Shown here: one piece after another, positions 50,201 to 63,582 of the stretch
How the letters are laid out: each line of letters begins with the position of its first letter
How positions within the stretch are numbered: position 1 is the first letter of the stretch
Assembly (NCBI GenBank): GCA_964057225.1
Contig: OZ059898.1
Location: 12,338,001 to 12,402,000, forward strand
From: Auanema rhodensis
Taxonomy: Eukaryota; Animalia; Nematoda
Direction of reading: 5' to 3'
DNA: 64,000 nucleotides
Notes under the pieces: generated by a model
Seen by the model: only the letters and a program-made list of their open reading frames with translations
Told to the model about the DNA's origin: nothing
Database searches by the model: none
Program-made: the position numbers and the translations under genes

Positions 50201-53200
50201 TCATGCTGCAACGTAAGCCTGTGCTGCTGACAATTATCAGATGTTTTGGTTTGAGAACCTCTCTAGCCACAATGTCATAATCATTCATTTATCCGGCTTT
50301 CCATTTTACCTGCTCTTTCTCAACGTCAAGGATATACATCTTTCATGACGTTCGACTCACACTCCCACAAATCTTTTGGCCCACATCGTGATTATGTGAT
50401 TTGCGTTCAGTCTTTCATTTTGGCCAAATATGGCAATCCAGAACGTGTACACACGTGCTTTCTTCTAGTTATTGCTCTCCAGTTAGAACAATAGATATCA
50501 CTTTGTTATCGTTTCTTCCGAAAATCTTCACCAACTTCGCTCCGGGCTGGACTGCATTTCTTTCACCTGAACTGCTGCAGTCATACATCTCATCTGAACA
50601 AATAGCTATATACATATGTATAGATTATTATATATAAATATTCTTTTATATTATTCCCCCAACTCCTCCATCTATTCTATTCTGATTCTGATGTCTTTGA
50701 TACGAACCAATCGAGTCTGAGATATCGAAACCTACAAATTTCTTTATTTCCTTCATCAAAAGATGTGTGCTGTTACCATTGTAAGTCTTCAGACAATCCA
50801 CTCAGAATTGTCGCCTGCCGTCAGAAAACTTCTCTGATCTCTCATCGCTTCTCCGGCTTTTCTCATATCCGGATGCGACCTCCACGGATATTTCTGGCGG
50901 CACGACATTCGCGGATCGTTTCCGTCAGCCAACGTCGTCGTTCATCCGAGTACGTCTCAAAAACTTTGCTCTCTTTTTCTTTCTCTCTCTCTCTCTCAGA
51001 TATGTATATCCAAAATACAGTCTTTCTTGAACAGAAATATTTTTTGGTTGTAAATATCTTTGATATTGTGAAGTTTGCAGCTTGATCGCTCATACTTTCC
51101 GATCCCTTCTTTCTCTCTCATCTCTTCTTTCTCTCACTGAATATAAAATCCTGCCGTTTACGATACATCACTTGCTGATACTCTTAACAAGAATTCATCT
51201 TCTGATTTGTTTATCAACTTCCGACCGTCATCTACCAAAAGCAGAATGTTATTTTCTCACTTTCTCTCCCCATAACCAAACTACCCACAATATCTTGCTC
51301 AGTTAGCCACCTTTTGATATTCGCAAAAACAAGCCCAATGACCATATAGTTACTTAAGACCTAGTCTTTAAAAGTTTTGTTTGATTGAATATACTCACAT
51401 ATATTCATGTTTATTACTGATTCAAGACGATGTCATTAGCCTGGTTTGTAATTTGTTTCAAACAACCATGTTTGCCCTTACCCCTTACTCTTAAACTCAC
51501 ATAGTAATAGCTTTCTCCTGTGATTCTTCATTCGGTCAATCATCCGATTCTGACTTTTTTTGTGATTTCGAAAACCAGTAGCTTAATATCGCAACGCAGA
51601 TGTTCTATAAAGAATCAGCAACTGATTAATGTGTTCATACTTCTACAGAGAAGACCAATTTTTAATTTTATATTTAATAGATTTATATATTTTCATATTT
51701 ATTTTTAATTTTAATTAAAAACATATATTTAAGACAGATATGAACACATGCATCAGATGTTTAGAGCAATTAAATAGACCTATACTACTCATTTTTTCAT
51801 TTAATCTTTCCCTTCTATATCCCCCACTTCTTTTTTCTCTCTCATCTGATCTGTTCTCAATTCTAAACAATACACATAGTTTGTAAATTCGATATGATAA
51901 GCTATATACTATAGTTTAGAATTGAAAAAAGAAAAGAAAAGTCTCATACAACTATCAGTTACTATAATGACCAACATGACAATAACTTCAACATCTCTTC
52001 AGACAAATTCTCCGTTAAACGTTTCTCAACTTATAAACTCTCTCAATTGTCATCTCTCTCAAAGGCCCTCTCTCTCTTCTATGTATACCTGCTCTTCTCC
52101 ATTTTGATTTCATCTCATTGACTGAAACATCTCTATAGACATTTCTGACAAATTTCTAGCTTAATAACCTATGTATTTCATTATGTATGATTATGATAGA
52201 GAAGAAATACATATATATCTATGTATATGAACCCCCCATGTTCATCCAGTTTTGATTTTTTTCCCTTTGACCCCACCAATCTTATACTTCAACCATTTCT
52301 CTCTCTCTGTTTTCCTTGTCTAGCGATATGACGCGTGCCATGTAGATATTTTGACCGTATCATATATGTGTGAATATCCACATATTATGTAGTTGGATAT
52401 AAATGAATAAATATTTTCCTTATATTGTTTATATACATTGAAAATAAAACAAATAACATCATGAAATACAATTGAAAGTTGAAAAAGTAGATAATAGTTA
52501 GTTCAGAAAAAACCTGTATAATAGCATAGTTATTGATTCTATTGAATTCTCTTTAAGCTTTCACTTCAACTGGTCAATCAACAACAACAATCAACAACAA
52601 CAACAACATTGCAAATGTTTCATATCACTTATACGTAAACTTGAAAATATAAAGTTCGTTTAGAAGATAGATTCTCCTGAGGTGGTTTAACTTCAGAAGA
52701 AATTCTAACTCACGCGATTACTACACTAATATATCGCTTGAAAATTATAAAAATATTTTCAGAATCTTTAAAGTAATAAAGAAATATAACAGAAACTATT
52801 CTGAAATTTAGAAATCGTGTAACTTTTTGAAAATCTTGAACATTCTTAAATTCACTAATTGAGCAATAGGGGGAAGTAAGCTGAAATAATTCAATCATAG
52901 TTTAAAAAAAATTCCTTTTCCCAATTTTATAATCAATCAAATTTATAACGCCTTAAAACATAACTAACTAAACTATTTTAGACACGATAAGAAACAAACT
53001 ACAATCTTTGAGTTTTTTTTTTAGTTTAGGAGATTACTGTGTTTACTTGTTAGACACTTTTCCCTTATAAGGGAGTTTTATTCTGAATCATAAAACTTTA
53101 TTTGACTTGTGTTTTACTCGTTTTATATCGTAAAAAGAATAATAATGAGCCTAAAATATTATATAATTTCAAAAAATGATTTAGATTTTTAATAAAAAAA

Positions 53201-53745
53201 TTCATATTATGATGATAAAAACATAATAAATTATGAAATATATATGATATGTGATTAAGTATGATGAAATTTATAAGTTTTCGAAAAAATTTGAAGATAC
53301 ACCTCTTCTAATTGGAATCAATTGATCCTTTGGAGCACATGACACATTGATTATATTAATGTGTCATGTGCTGCTGCAAAGGATCAACTGAACCTAATTA
53401 TTTTAGTTTTTTTATTAATTTAAAACAAATTAATGAAATTAAAATTTTATTTCCAAGCTCTCTAGCTTTTGCTGTATTCAAATTCAAAACTAGCGAATTC
53501 TCTAAAATAGTTTCGTTTCAGCTTTTCAAACAACAATTAGATTTAGAAAAGATTTTTGGGACAGAATATAAGTTGTTTATAACATTAGAAATGTTTTAAT
53601 CTATATTATTGAAAATATTTATATAGATATAGATACATATAAATTTTATAAAAACACTTTCATATATCTGCTGAAAAACTGTTTGTAATAAAATATTGGA
53701 TACTGTATCACGAGGGTCATATACACAATTAAGCAAATTAAGTAA

Positions 53746-53751
53746 TTTATT
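53746..53751 (-). other. Polyadenylation signal of full-length ASPH
   Basis: AATAAA on the minus strand ~200 nt after the TAA. Confidence 0.55.
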
Positions 53752-53947
53752 ATTTACAAAAGACAAAAAACACCGAGATTCCAATAGTTTGATGCTCCTG
53801 AACGGTAGCTAATACTGCCTTAATTGCTGTGATTGGGCAAGATTTGATCTAAGGATATGTCTTGAAAACACTGATACATCAGTCGATGTTGAGATATTGA
53901 AGAATATAACTTCTTAAATATATAATCAACATGATTATCCTATTAAC

Positions 53948-56923
53948 TTATGAGCTATCGTCATCATTTTCCGTTCGTAGACGAACTTCAATCTAAATCA
54001 TATCGTCAAACTCTTCAGATACATTATTTTCTAAGAGATACCTCAGGATGCCATAAGTCAAGAACAAGGACCAAACGGAATGCAGAAGAAGAAGCTCCTT
54101 CGAAACTCATCTGTATCAATTAAAATTATTTATTTCTTAAATTATTTGATAGAGAACCTCATGTTCAAATGAGTCGTCAAAAATTATGAATTTTCCAGTT
54201 TTCCAACCTTTCTGCTCAGAACCAACTCTGCAATTTTATAATATCTTCGATGTTTTTACTCTTCAGTATTACCTGATTCTGGCTTCAGAAGGAACCACTA
54301 AACCCATATGAGCTTGTAAGCGAGTATTTGAAGAGCCACAATGAGAAAGTACTTTAGTTCCAGAAGATAAAACAGAGAATTTGATCTGAAATGTGAGTAT
54401 ATAAGAACATTAAAAGTTGATTCCGTCAGCTTACTTCTCCTTTAATAGCTTTAGAATTTTCTTTCAGATCTTTCAATAAAGTACAAGTTAATGGAATTCG
54501 TTTGCAATGTTTCTCATCAAACTTATGATCTTTAACGATTGAATAAGAGGACCATTGACCATCAAACTATAACATATTAACTAATTAATTTTATTATAAA
54601 TTTTCTAATTTTACCGTGAAAATATCATTTTCTTCAACCCATTCGTCGACATCGTCCATTAAAGCTCTTACAGCTTCGTGACGAATAGATACCCACTGTC
54701 TTTCCAAAGCCTTAACAATGATATTTGTTTATAAAAAGAAGAAGAAGAGCTTACCTTCAAGTATTTGGTGTATCCAGTTTGTTCTAAGGACCACCATGGT
54801 CGACCTGTTAACCCTTCAATATTGTGCATAGATCTCTGCCTAGCTGATAGGAATATTCCGAGTTCTGACCCTTTCTCATACACAGCATAGGCTTCATCAA
54901 CTCTACCTAAGAATGTTAATCCATGTCCCAAATGATAGTAAAATCTACAAAGTTTATGTATGCAGTGATCAATAGTGCAAGTTCTAACCTAGGATCAGCT
55001 AGCTTCTCTCCGCCTAATCGTAAACCTTTTCTCATATAGTTAACTCCACTTTCTATATCATTATCAACCACCTTGAATAAAATATACTCATTTCTCTGAT
55101 TAATAAGTGTCTAGCCTTACTTTAAGAATATATCCATAATACGCTAGAGCAACAGCATTATTGTGATCAACTTGAAGAATCTGAAAAGTTTGATTGTAAT
55201 ATTTACTCTACAACAGATATTTATACATCGCTGAAGATTTTACGAGCATCATCATGACGTTTCATCATCAGGAATGTTCGACCAAAATCTGTTTGCAAAT
55301 CAACTTCTTCAGGGAATCTGAAAAGTTTAATTAAAGATTGAAGTTTATTCAACAATATCAACCTGTCTATGAAAGTTCGATGTGCTTGTAAACATTTATG
55401 AAATTGTCCTAAAAACCTTGCTCTCTCAATAATGCGAGTTCCAGCTTGCCTACAATCAAAAAGAAGATAAGTTTGAGTATTGCGAAGTCTTCGAATACCT
55501 GAATAAAGCTTCAGGTGTATCATCATTGTCCAAAACCAATTGATATTCTTTGATAGCCATATCATACAACTTTTCATCCATTGAATATTCAGCTCTAAAT
55601 TCAAATAAAAACAAAATGTTTTTTTTTCTATTTCTATCACAATACCTGATATCAAGAGCTCTAGCTTTTCCAAAGTGAGCTCTAGGAGATTCCGGATGTT
55701 GTTGTAAAACTGTATCGAATAAGCCAATAGCAGCATCGTAGTCATGCTGCAACGAAATATGTTGATATGTTGTTTGAAAGAAATACTATTTTTACTCAAA
55801 TTTTCAATTTTTCTTGAATAATTCACTGTTATTCAACATGCTTTAAACATAAACATATTTATTAGTTAGACAATGATTCGACTATGATTATCCTTCATGC
55901 TTCGAGATCCATTGAAAAGATTTTTTTGTTCTTGTGTTGTTGTTCAAGATAGAAACACATGAAACAAACATTTATTATTAGAATCACACAACAATCCAGA
56001 ATCAAAACAAGACGAAGTTGACTGACATGAGAAACGTATAAAACTATCTGCTTTAAAAAATTAAAAGAATACTAATCTTTACCTATAATTTTAAAAAAAT
56101 GTTTTTGAGCAAACTGAGAAAGAAAACAGTTTCCTGAATCTGTTTTGAGGTTTTAAATTTTAAAGAAAAGGAGAAACACTAATGATTAAATTATCAAAAA
56201 TGTAAAAAATATATTTTTGTCGTTTGTATGATTGTTGCCTGACCAGAAATAAAAGGGCACTAATGTACACCCGTACTATATAAATCATGATTCTGAATAG
56301 TAAATAGCCTAGTTTGATATATGACAAACGCATACAAATTAGAAAACAGAAAGAATAAGTATAAAATTGAAAATGATAGAAATGCGGGGTGACGAAGTAG
56401 GAGAAGCAGAAGAAGATGATGAAGAAGTGAAACAAAATCAAATAAATATGGCAAATTGAATATATATATATTATTATATGTATATATTTGTGTATTATAT
56501 ATATATTATGTATTGTTAATTGATGTTAGTTGAAAAGAACAGTTTTTGGGATATCGTAAAGCATAGCTTAGTAGCATTCTTCCAGCGGTATCACAATATG
56601 TCTAGTACATAGGATGTATTAGAAAACGTGTTATGGTAAGCTTGAATGGAATCGGAATCCGTAATAGCACTTCTTCAGAATATCTGATGGTCACATCGCA
56701 TTCGTATAATGCTTACAGATCATCGTATGTTCGAAATTTAAGCTTTTTGGTTGTCTTTTTCACCTTTTCAACTAAAAAATCAGCTTTGTCTAGGGTGTCA
56801 CGATAGCGATGATCATCTTTGTTAGTTATAGCATGTCTCTTGTAACCTTCACGGCCAGCAGACCTAGAAATTGAAAATATTATTTTTGGTTTTATATAAC
56901 TTATTATTATTATATTATTATCA

Positions 56924-56972
<49 letters not shown>

Positions 56973-59900
56973 GCATAACGTGTACTTTGATATAAACGTG
57001 AGTAATTAGTCATTTTTTTTCTTCTATTTTATCAAAGCGGTTGCATACGTCATACGGTACGTAAGATTTCTTGTTTTCAGTTTATTAATTTCCAAGCTAT
57101 GACCTATTCACCTGACACTCATATTTAAAAGTTTAAATTCAAAATAATATTTAGAATCATTATAACATTTGTTTTGTTTAATTTTTCAGCAAATGCAAAA
57201 GTTTTGCATGTGTGCGTATGTGTGCTTTCAACACAAGTTGCACTTGAGGGGCACGCTTCAATTATGTAGCGTAGACCTTTGTTAGTTGATAAATAGATCA
57301 AGCATTTCAAGACTTTTTTTCCATTTACCTATATTTTTTGACTGCCACAAGTTCTTGAAAAGGCTCAATCTCTGCGTGATTGCTTTCTGGTTCTTCATCG
57401 TTGGTGTTATCATCAGATGGCTCATCATCGTCGTCATCATCGTCCAAGTCATCACGGAAATCATTCAATCTACCGATGTTCTTATGAACCTGAAATTAAA
57501 AATAGAAACATTTAGCTAAGAAGACGCTTTAAACCTTCTTCTTCTTTTTCAAAAGTGACTTACGAGGCACAGTGTCAACTACTTGAGGACAATGCTTACG
57601 GTTACATTCTCTGTTCTTTGCAGCTTGAGTGATATGACTAGAAAAAGGAAACATAACAACAACAAAGTTTAGATGACTACCGGAAACGTCCACGTTTTTT
57701 TTCTCTTCCTTGTGGTATCTCTTCATCGTCATCATTATCATCATTATCATCATCATCAGCATTGTTCTCGTCATCCTTGGTTGCTTCATTTGTTTTGGGA
57801 TCTTCTTTTTCTACTTCTTCTTGTTTAGAATTCACTCTTTTATCAGTTTTTGAATTTTTCCCATCATCATTATCGTCGTCATCATCATCATCTTCATCGT
57901 TATCCTGAATAACAAAGATTAATTCTTTAGCAATTTTTTTGAGTTTTTACATCTTTCTTAGAGTTTAACTTTGAAGCTTGCTTCTTTCCTTGAATCTCCT
58001 CTTCATCATCGTCGTCATCATCGTTGTCATCATCATCATCGTCGTCATTGCTTGTTTGCTTATTGTTTGATTTCTGATAAGAATTCCTTCTATCATCTTT
58101 TTCATCATGGTGTTGATTATTGCGAGCTTGTCGATTGGCGTTAAGTTTTCGAAGAGGAGCCTAGAACTTTGCTGTTTACCTTTAAAGCTCGTGTATGAGT
58201 TTCACCTTTTTGCTTTCTTCCTTTTCAGTTTCATCAGTGTCATCATCGTCATCATCATCATCATCATCATCATCATTTTTGACGGCTTTATTTGGCACTC
58301 GCTTAGGCTGCTTGCGCTGCTTTTGAGGTATAGGTGTGTCATCATCATCGTCATCATCATCGTCGTCATTATTTTCCATTTTTTTCTACAACATACATAA
58401 TTATTTCCTTTTTGTATAATTTATCTTGTATACCTCAACCATTTCCGCTACTTTTTTGATGTTCCGCTCAATTTTCTTACGCAAGCCAGCGAAAAGTCTA
58501 TCTTCAAGATCGTCTTCATTATCATCTTCTTCATCATCAGCTGAAAAGATCTATTTACTGAGCAATAGAAAATTGAATAAATAGCCAAAAATTGCATTTA
58601 AAAAATATTTTTATTAAATAAAATTATTAATATACCTGTTTCTGCTACGTGCACGTGTATATTTTGCTCATTTATTCTGCCTGGCGCTCTCTTGTGATCA
58701 TCTACTTGCGACGCTATATCTCTGCAAATTTGGATAATGTTCGAGAGCTAAGACTTGGATATTGATATGACGTTGTGCACTTGGCGATCTTGAAGTGACT
58801 TGCACAATAAGTTCAAAAACGATTCAATTTTCACACAATTCAATCCAACTATAGCATTACGTAATTTGATAAAATATCAGTATTTTCTACTAGTCTTCAA
58901 TAGATTTTGAACAACAATTTGAGCTCATTAACTAGTTTAAACGAGTTCAAATTCTAATAATATTTATAATTCATGTGCTTACCGATGTTTTTTTTGATAT
59001 GTAGTCGTTTCTTCTGCTATGTCATCATCAAAATCTGCATGGCCATCACCATCAAAATCTAATAATGAATGACGTCAGGACGACAGCAACTGTTAGAAAC
59101 TAACCAACTGGCATATCTTTTGCGGAAAATATCGTATGCATAGAAAAGCATAAAAACATAAATACTAATAATACAGCCCAGGTCCGTGCACCTCCCTATA
59201 TTAAGCAGATGAATTGTGCAAGAAATGCTTAGATTAGCTCACCTTAGTAACAGAGTAATCCACTTTAGGCATTGGTGTAAGTGCTACTGTCATCTGTTGT
59301 GGCCCGGCTGCCACTGAAATTCGACATTTGTTAGTCTTTGATTGACCTTTGTTTCTTAAATAATTTTTTTCTATTATTGCTATTTCATTCGATAGGAATG
59401 TCCGAGCACATCATGGGTCACGTTTGTTTTGGGGGATGGGGAGGGGGGATTTAACCTACGAACACCATAAATCGGAAGCAGCTGTACCCGTTGAATACAT
59501 AGAATGCCTAGATGCATAGTGATTTGTGAAATTGTGTGGTGTGGAAGCTCTTCTTGGATCCAAAAAGTTTAAACTGCTACGATTATCTTTTCGAAAGACA
59601 ACTTCTGGATATTTGTTAGCTATATCCGAATGTTTGAATTCATTGGTGACAGGAATGAAGGATGAAAGACGTCGATCCATTCATGTATCAATTTTTCAAA
59701 ATATTTTTCAGAGAAGTTAGCCAAAGATTATCTCTAGAAACAAATCAGTACGTAATCCTATGCGACAAATAAAGACGAAAAGCAGTTTTAAACTTGGATG
59801 AGGATTGTAGGAGAGAATCTCATATACTGAATCTGAGAATCAGAATTTTCATAATGAGATACGCTCATAAGTTAAGGAGCAGATTAACAGAGGGAATAAA

Positions 59901-60979
59901 TCAATTTAAAATGATCCCAAATAAAAGTAAAAACATAAGACTTCTCTCTTAAAAACCTAAGCGAGTTGAGAATCAACACATATTGCTACACCAGATGTAG
60001 TCGAAACTCCTCTTCAGAGGTAAAAAAAGTGAACAAATGATGGATTTAAACAAAGTTTATGTTAGAATAAATTTAAAAAATGATATTTGCGGCATGAATT
60101 GAATATTGAAATAGTGTGTCGTTAATCATCAGAAGCTTCACTCGCAGAACGACTACATCGACAGGTTGAGCCGATAGGGATAAGATCAGCTATTGGGAAA
60201 ACGACTCCGGAGACGGCCAATAGATTGATCTCTCAAAGCAAATATTTGAAATTCAACCTAGTCGTCGATATATGAAAAGAAGAAACATCTCAAAAGCTTA
60301 TCTAGCAGCATTCTTGTTCAAATTTAAACTTACAATGAAGAAAAACTCAAATTTCAATCATTCGAGCCATTCTACGTTGTTGATTGTTTGTTGTTTGTTG
60401 TTTTTTTTTCAAAATTACTTTCCTTCAAACTTGTTAAAAAATATCAGAAAACAAATATGCAGCATAATGTTTTCTTCAAATTTTTTCGACCAACTTGAAA
60501 CTTTCGGTCTAAAGGCTGCTCATGTGTAATTTTATCGGGGACAGATGAGTTGTTCTCACCGGAAGTTCCCAAAAACTGCCCAACAGCTATCACATACCGC
60601 TATTTTACTGGTGTCAAACAACAAAATATGAACATATTTTCCAATATTTCTTGAAACTACTGAATAATTTCCGGATTTAATTTGTTTTTTTTTTGAACAA
60701 CAAACAGACAAAAGGAAGCAAACATCGTTAAATGAGTATGTAAAAAGGCTACGAAAATTGAAATCAGGTGAGAAACTACTAGTGTTTAACAACATTTTTC
60801 TGAATTTCATATGAATAGCCTAGTACGTACTTAAAAACCATGAATGTCTTGATTTAAATTTGTATTATTTTGAAATAAATCAAAGACATGAACTCACCGC
60901 TAGATCCCTGTCGTCGGAAGGGTGGCCGGATAGTGTTGGGGGAAGTTAAAGCATTCCCGTTGACAGCCTTGGTTGCCAT
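53948..60979 (-). CDS. ASPH: Aspartyl/asparaginyl beta-hydroxylase (type II ER membrane 2OG-Fe(II) oxygenase), ~907 aa, 25 exons: 60979-60898, 59313-59243, 59195-59105, 59058-58983, 58721-58636, 58540-58434, 58385-58206, 58160-57951, 57904-57681, 57637-57535, 57489-57329, 56863-56764, 55746-55646, 55594-55499, 55449-55363, 55317-55227, 55180-55121, 55071-54989, 54944-54755, 54710-54615, 54566-54435, 54385-54273, 54227-54158, 54110-54042, 53992-53948
   Basis: All junctions are GT..AG and phase-consistent (2724 nt including TAA). Domain order: TM helix WAVLLVFMFLCFSM, acidic poly-Asp luminal region, TPR region (HDYDAAIGLFDTVLQQHPESPRAHFGKARALD..., FYYHLGHGL), then GRPWWS, HCGSSNTRLQAHMGL, FDDSFEHE and RLVLVLDLWHPE, which are the ASPH catalytic motifs. 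Confidence 0.95.
56926..56968 (+). repeat. (CT)n microsatellite in ASPH intron 11
   Basis: Read directly from the sequence. Confidence 0.95.
59464..59680 (-). CDS. ASPH: Alternative first coding exon of ASPH (MDRRLSSFIP...ASDLW), giving a ~952-aa isoform
   Basis: ATG-initiated, non-repetitive 72-codon ORF. It ends TGG T|GTTCGT in phase 1, the phase required by the shared acceptor at 59313. Confidence 0.75.
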
Positions 60980-63582
60980 TTATTCTATGGCTGGCTGGTC
61001 GGTCGTTTAGTGGGGTAATTAGTTAAAATAATAATAATAATTTAAGAAGAAAATCTTAAAAATCGAATAATAGTGGAATAATATAAAAAAAATTAGAACA
61101 ATAAACTTTGGGGATTAGAATAAGTTGAAGAAGTTGTGGAGGCGAATCAGGACTTGATCCAAAACAACTGCCACCACTGCAACTCCTCTGCTTCCTTCAA
61201 TTCTCTTTCTTATCCTCCTGTTTCTGTTCCTTCTGTCGATCGAAAACTGCAACTGACACTATCAGAAAAATTAGGAAAAAGGAGAAAACGAAAGGTTCGA
61301 CGAATTAATTTTTCATTTTAAAAATCATACAATTTGTCAAGATGTTTTTAGAAAACCGACATTTAAGTGCTTCTTGTTAATCAAAACACCACTGACTGTT
61401 GACTAGACTAGATATTCATTGTTAAGCTGGAGATTTTTAAAACTTCTAGAAAATCATTACATGCATATGTTATATATGTTAAGAGAGAGGGGGAGAAAAC
61501 GAGAGATAGAAAGAGAGAGAGAGAGAGAGAGAGAGAAAATAAAGGGAAGTAATATGGAAAAACATCACTTCATTGTTTATGTAAAAATTGTAAAGCTTTT
61601 CGATATCCTTATAAAGAAGACCAATCAAAGAAAACAGAACAAATAGTTTTAAAAGATACAAGTCCATGAAAAATGATGTAATCTGTACTAAAATAGAAAG
61701 CATGAGATTAAGTGCCTTGTAAAACAAAATCAGATGCAGAATACGCACGGGGACAAAGTCAAGTGGGTAGAATTGTAAACTGAAAGATATACAGACAGTA
61801 TAATGTATAAAGAACAGAGAAATAAACAAAAAAAAAAGAAATTTAATGAAATTTAATGGTTTATAAAGTATCAGAGCTTTCTAAATCAATATACATATAG
61901 AAGAAGATGAGAATAATTGAGATGAAGAAGTACAACATTTTAGAAATAAATGAATGTATGAGCTATATTAATATCATAATAAAATAATTGTTTTTGAGAA
62001 ATAATGTTATCTCGTCAACTTAATTATTCTTCAAGTTTTTGATTAAAAAATATTTTTTTTTGAATTTTTCATTTCCTGTTTATGAAATAGAAATTCATTG
62101 TATGTTTTTTCTCAAGTATCCACCACGATCAAGGTAATACTAGATTGAAGAGTCAGATCTTCTCCAGAATTTGTAGTATAAAAATGATGTTTATTGATGA
62201 AAATACTATGCTTTGAGCTAGTAATTACAAAACGTAAACTACGATATCATTTCCATTCAAATAGTAGATCAGATCTTGAGCGATTTGAGCATGATATGAG
62301 AAGCGAAACAAAACTGAAAATGCCATGGTCCACGGAAACAACTGTCAGTTGTAAGGGATAGGAGAGTGAGACATGAAGAAAAGGCTGAAAAGAGGATGAG
62401 AAGCTGAATTCTTCGCTGAGTCGACGTTGGCATGTCTTCTTCTTTTTCGCCTTCACACCCTCTCCTCTTTAGCTATTGTTATAAAGGGGCTAGCGGAAAT
62501 TTGACGAACAATGCGATTTGGTATAAATTGAGATGAAAAACGAAATAAAACTTCAAAGAGTGGTATAGATTGACAATGTGTTCACGTAAGATAAAATGAA
62601 AAAACGAGGAAAATATATTATAGCAGAGCACTTGAATATTAGAGAATTATCTGTTAGATTAGAGTAGCAATTTATAAAGCTGAAATGAGAAAAATATCTC
62701 ACAAATTTCTTAACAATGCAGCTTGGCAGCGAACTGACTTATCCATCAGTTAGCTGGTGTTGTCTGTCCGAGACAGTTTGATCCTACATAAGATATGAGA
62801 AGTAGAATTTCAATATTGTTTCACAAAAAAAGTACCTAACGAGACAATCTGACTGACACACTTGCTATCAAGCCACTAATAAAAACTTTCAACAGTTGAG
62901 AGAAGTGTTTGTGAAGAGTGACTTAGCAAACGGTATAGATGACACATGCAAAAATCAATTTGGAGCTTTGAAGATATAAATCAAGAAAACTGTTTTTGCT
63001 TTCGGAAAACAAGATACAGAACATTTGAGAAAACAACATCTAAGACCATACTGAATACGATTGTGTTCAGAGCCAACACTGCTGTGGTGTGAAGGGTGAC
63101 GATAGAGGACATCGAGAGAACAGGAGGAGAGAGATAACTCATCAGAAAAAATTCCCTTTAAGAAGCGAGAGAGGAATCAAAGAAAGGGGGAGAACCAGCA
63201 AACTGAAAGTGGGAGAGAGTAAGCGAAGAGCAACTAAACAAGTGTAGCAGGAGCCATTGTTACAACACGGCAGAGCCAAAACCTTACGATCACAACAATC
63301 GATACATCTCTTCTTAGCGTAACTATAGGCACTAACGAGTTCATCATTAACTTTCAACAATCATTTGGGAAATCTTAACCTCACAATTTTGTAGTAAAAA
63401 TCATTAATCTCTCATCGAGCTGAAGATACAAATACAAAATGGAAAAACTAAAATTTATAAAATATATCTTAAAATAATAAGAGCCCGTATATACATCATG
63501 ATATAACGATCTAGTACATTAACAATCTAACAAAATATGTTCTATCAGGGAAAACTAACAATTCTAATCATCACATGAATGC

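Noticed and set aside
55763-55778. TGATATGTTGTTTGAA, matching the first 16 nt of miR-90 as recalled
   Set aside because: No precursor hairpin (the upstream arm is ASPH coding sequence). As a target site it lies beyond both intronic poly(A) signals, next to the acceptor.
60980-63582. UQCC1-ASPH operon
   Set aside because: Same strand, but 2.6 kb apart, far more than the typical ~100-nt intercistronic spacing.
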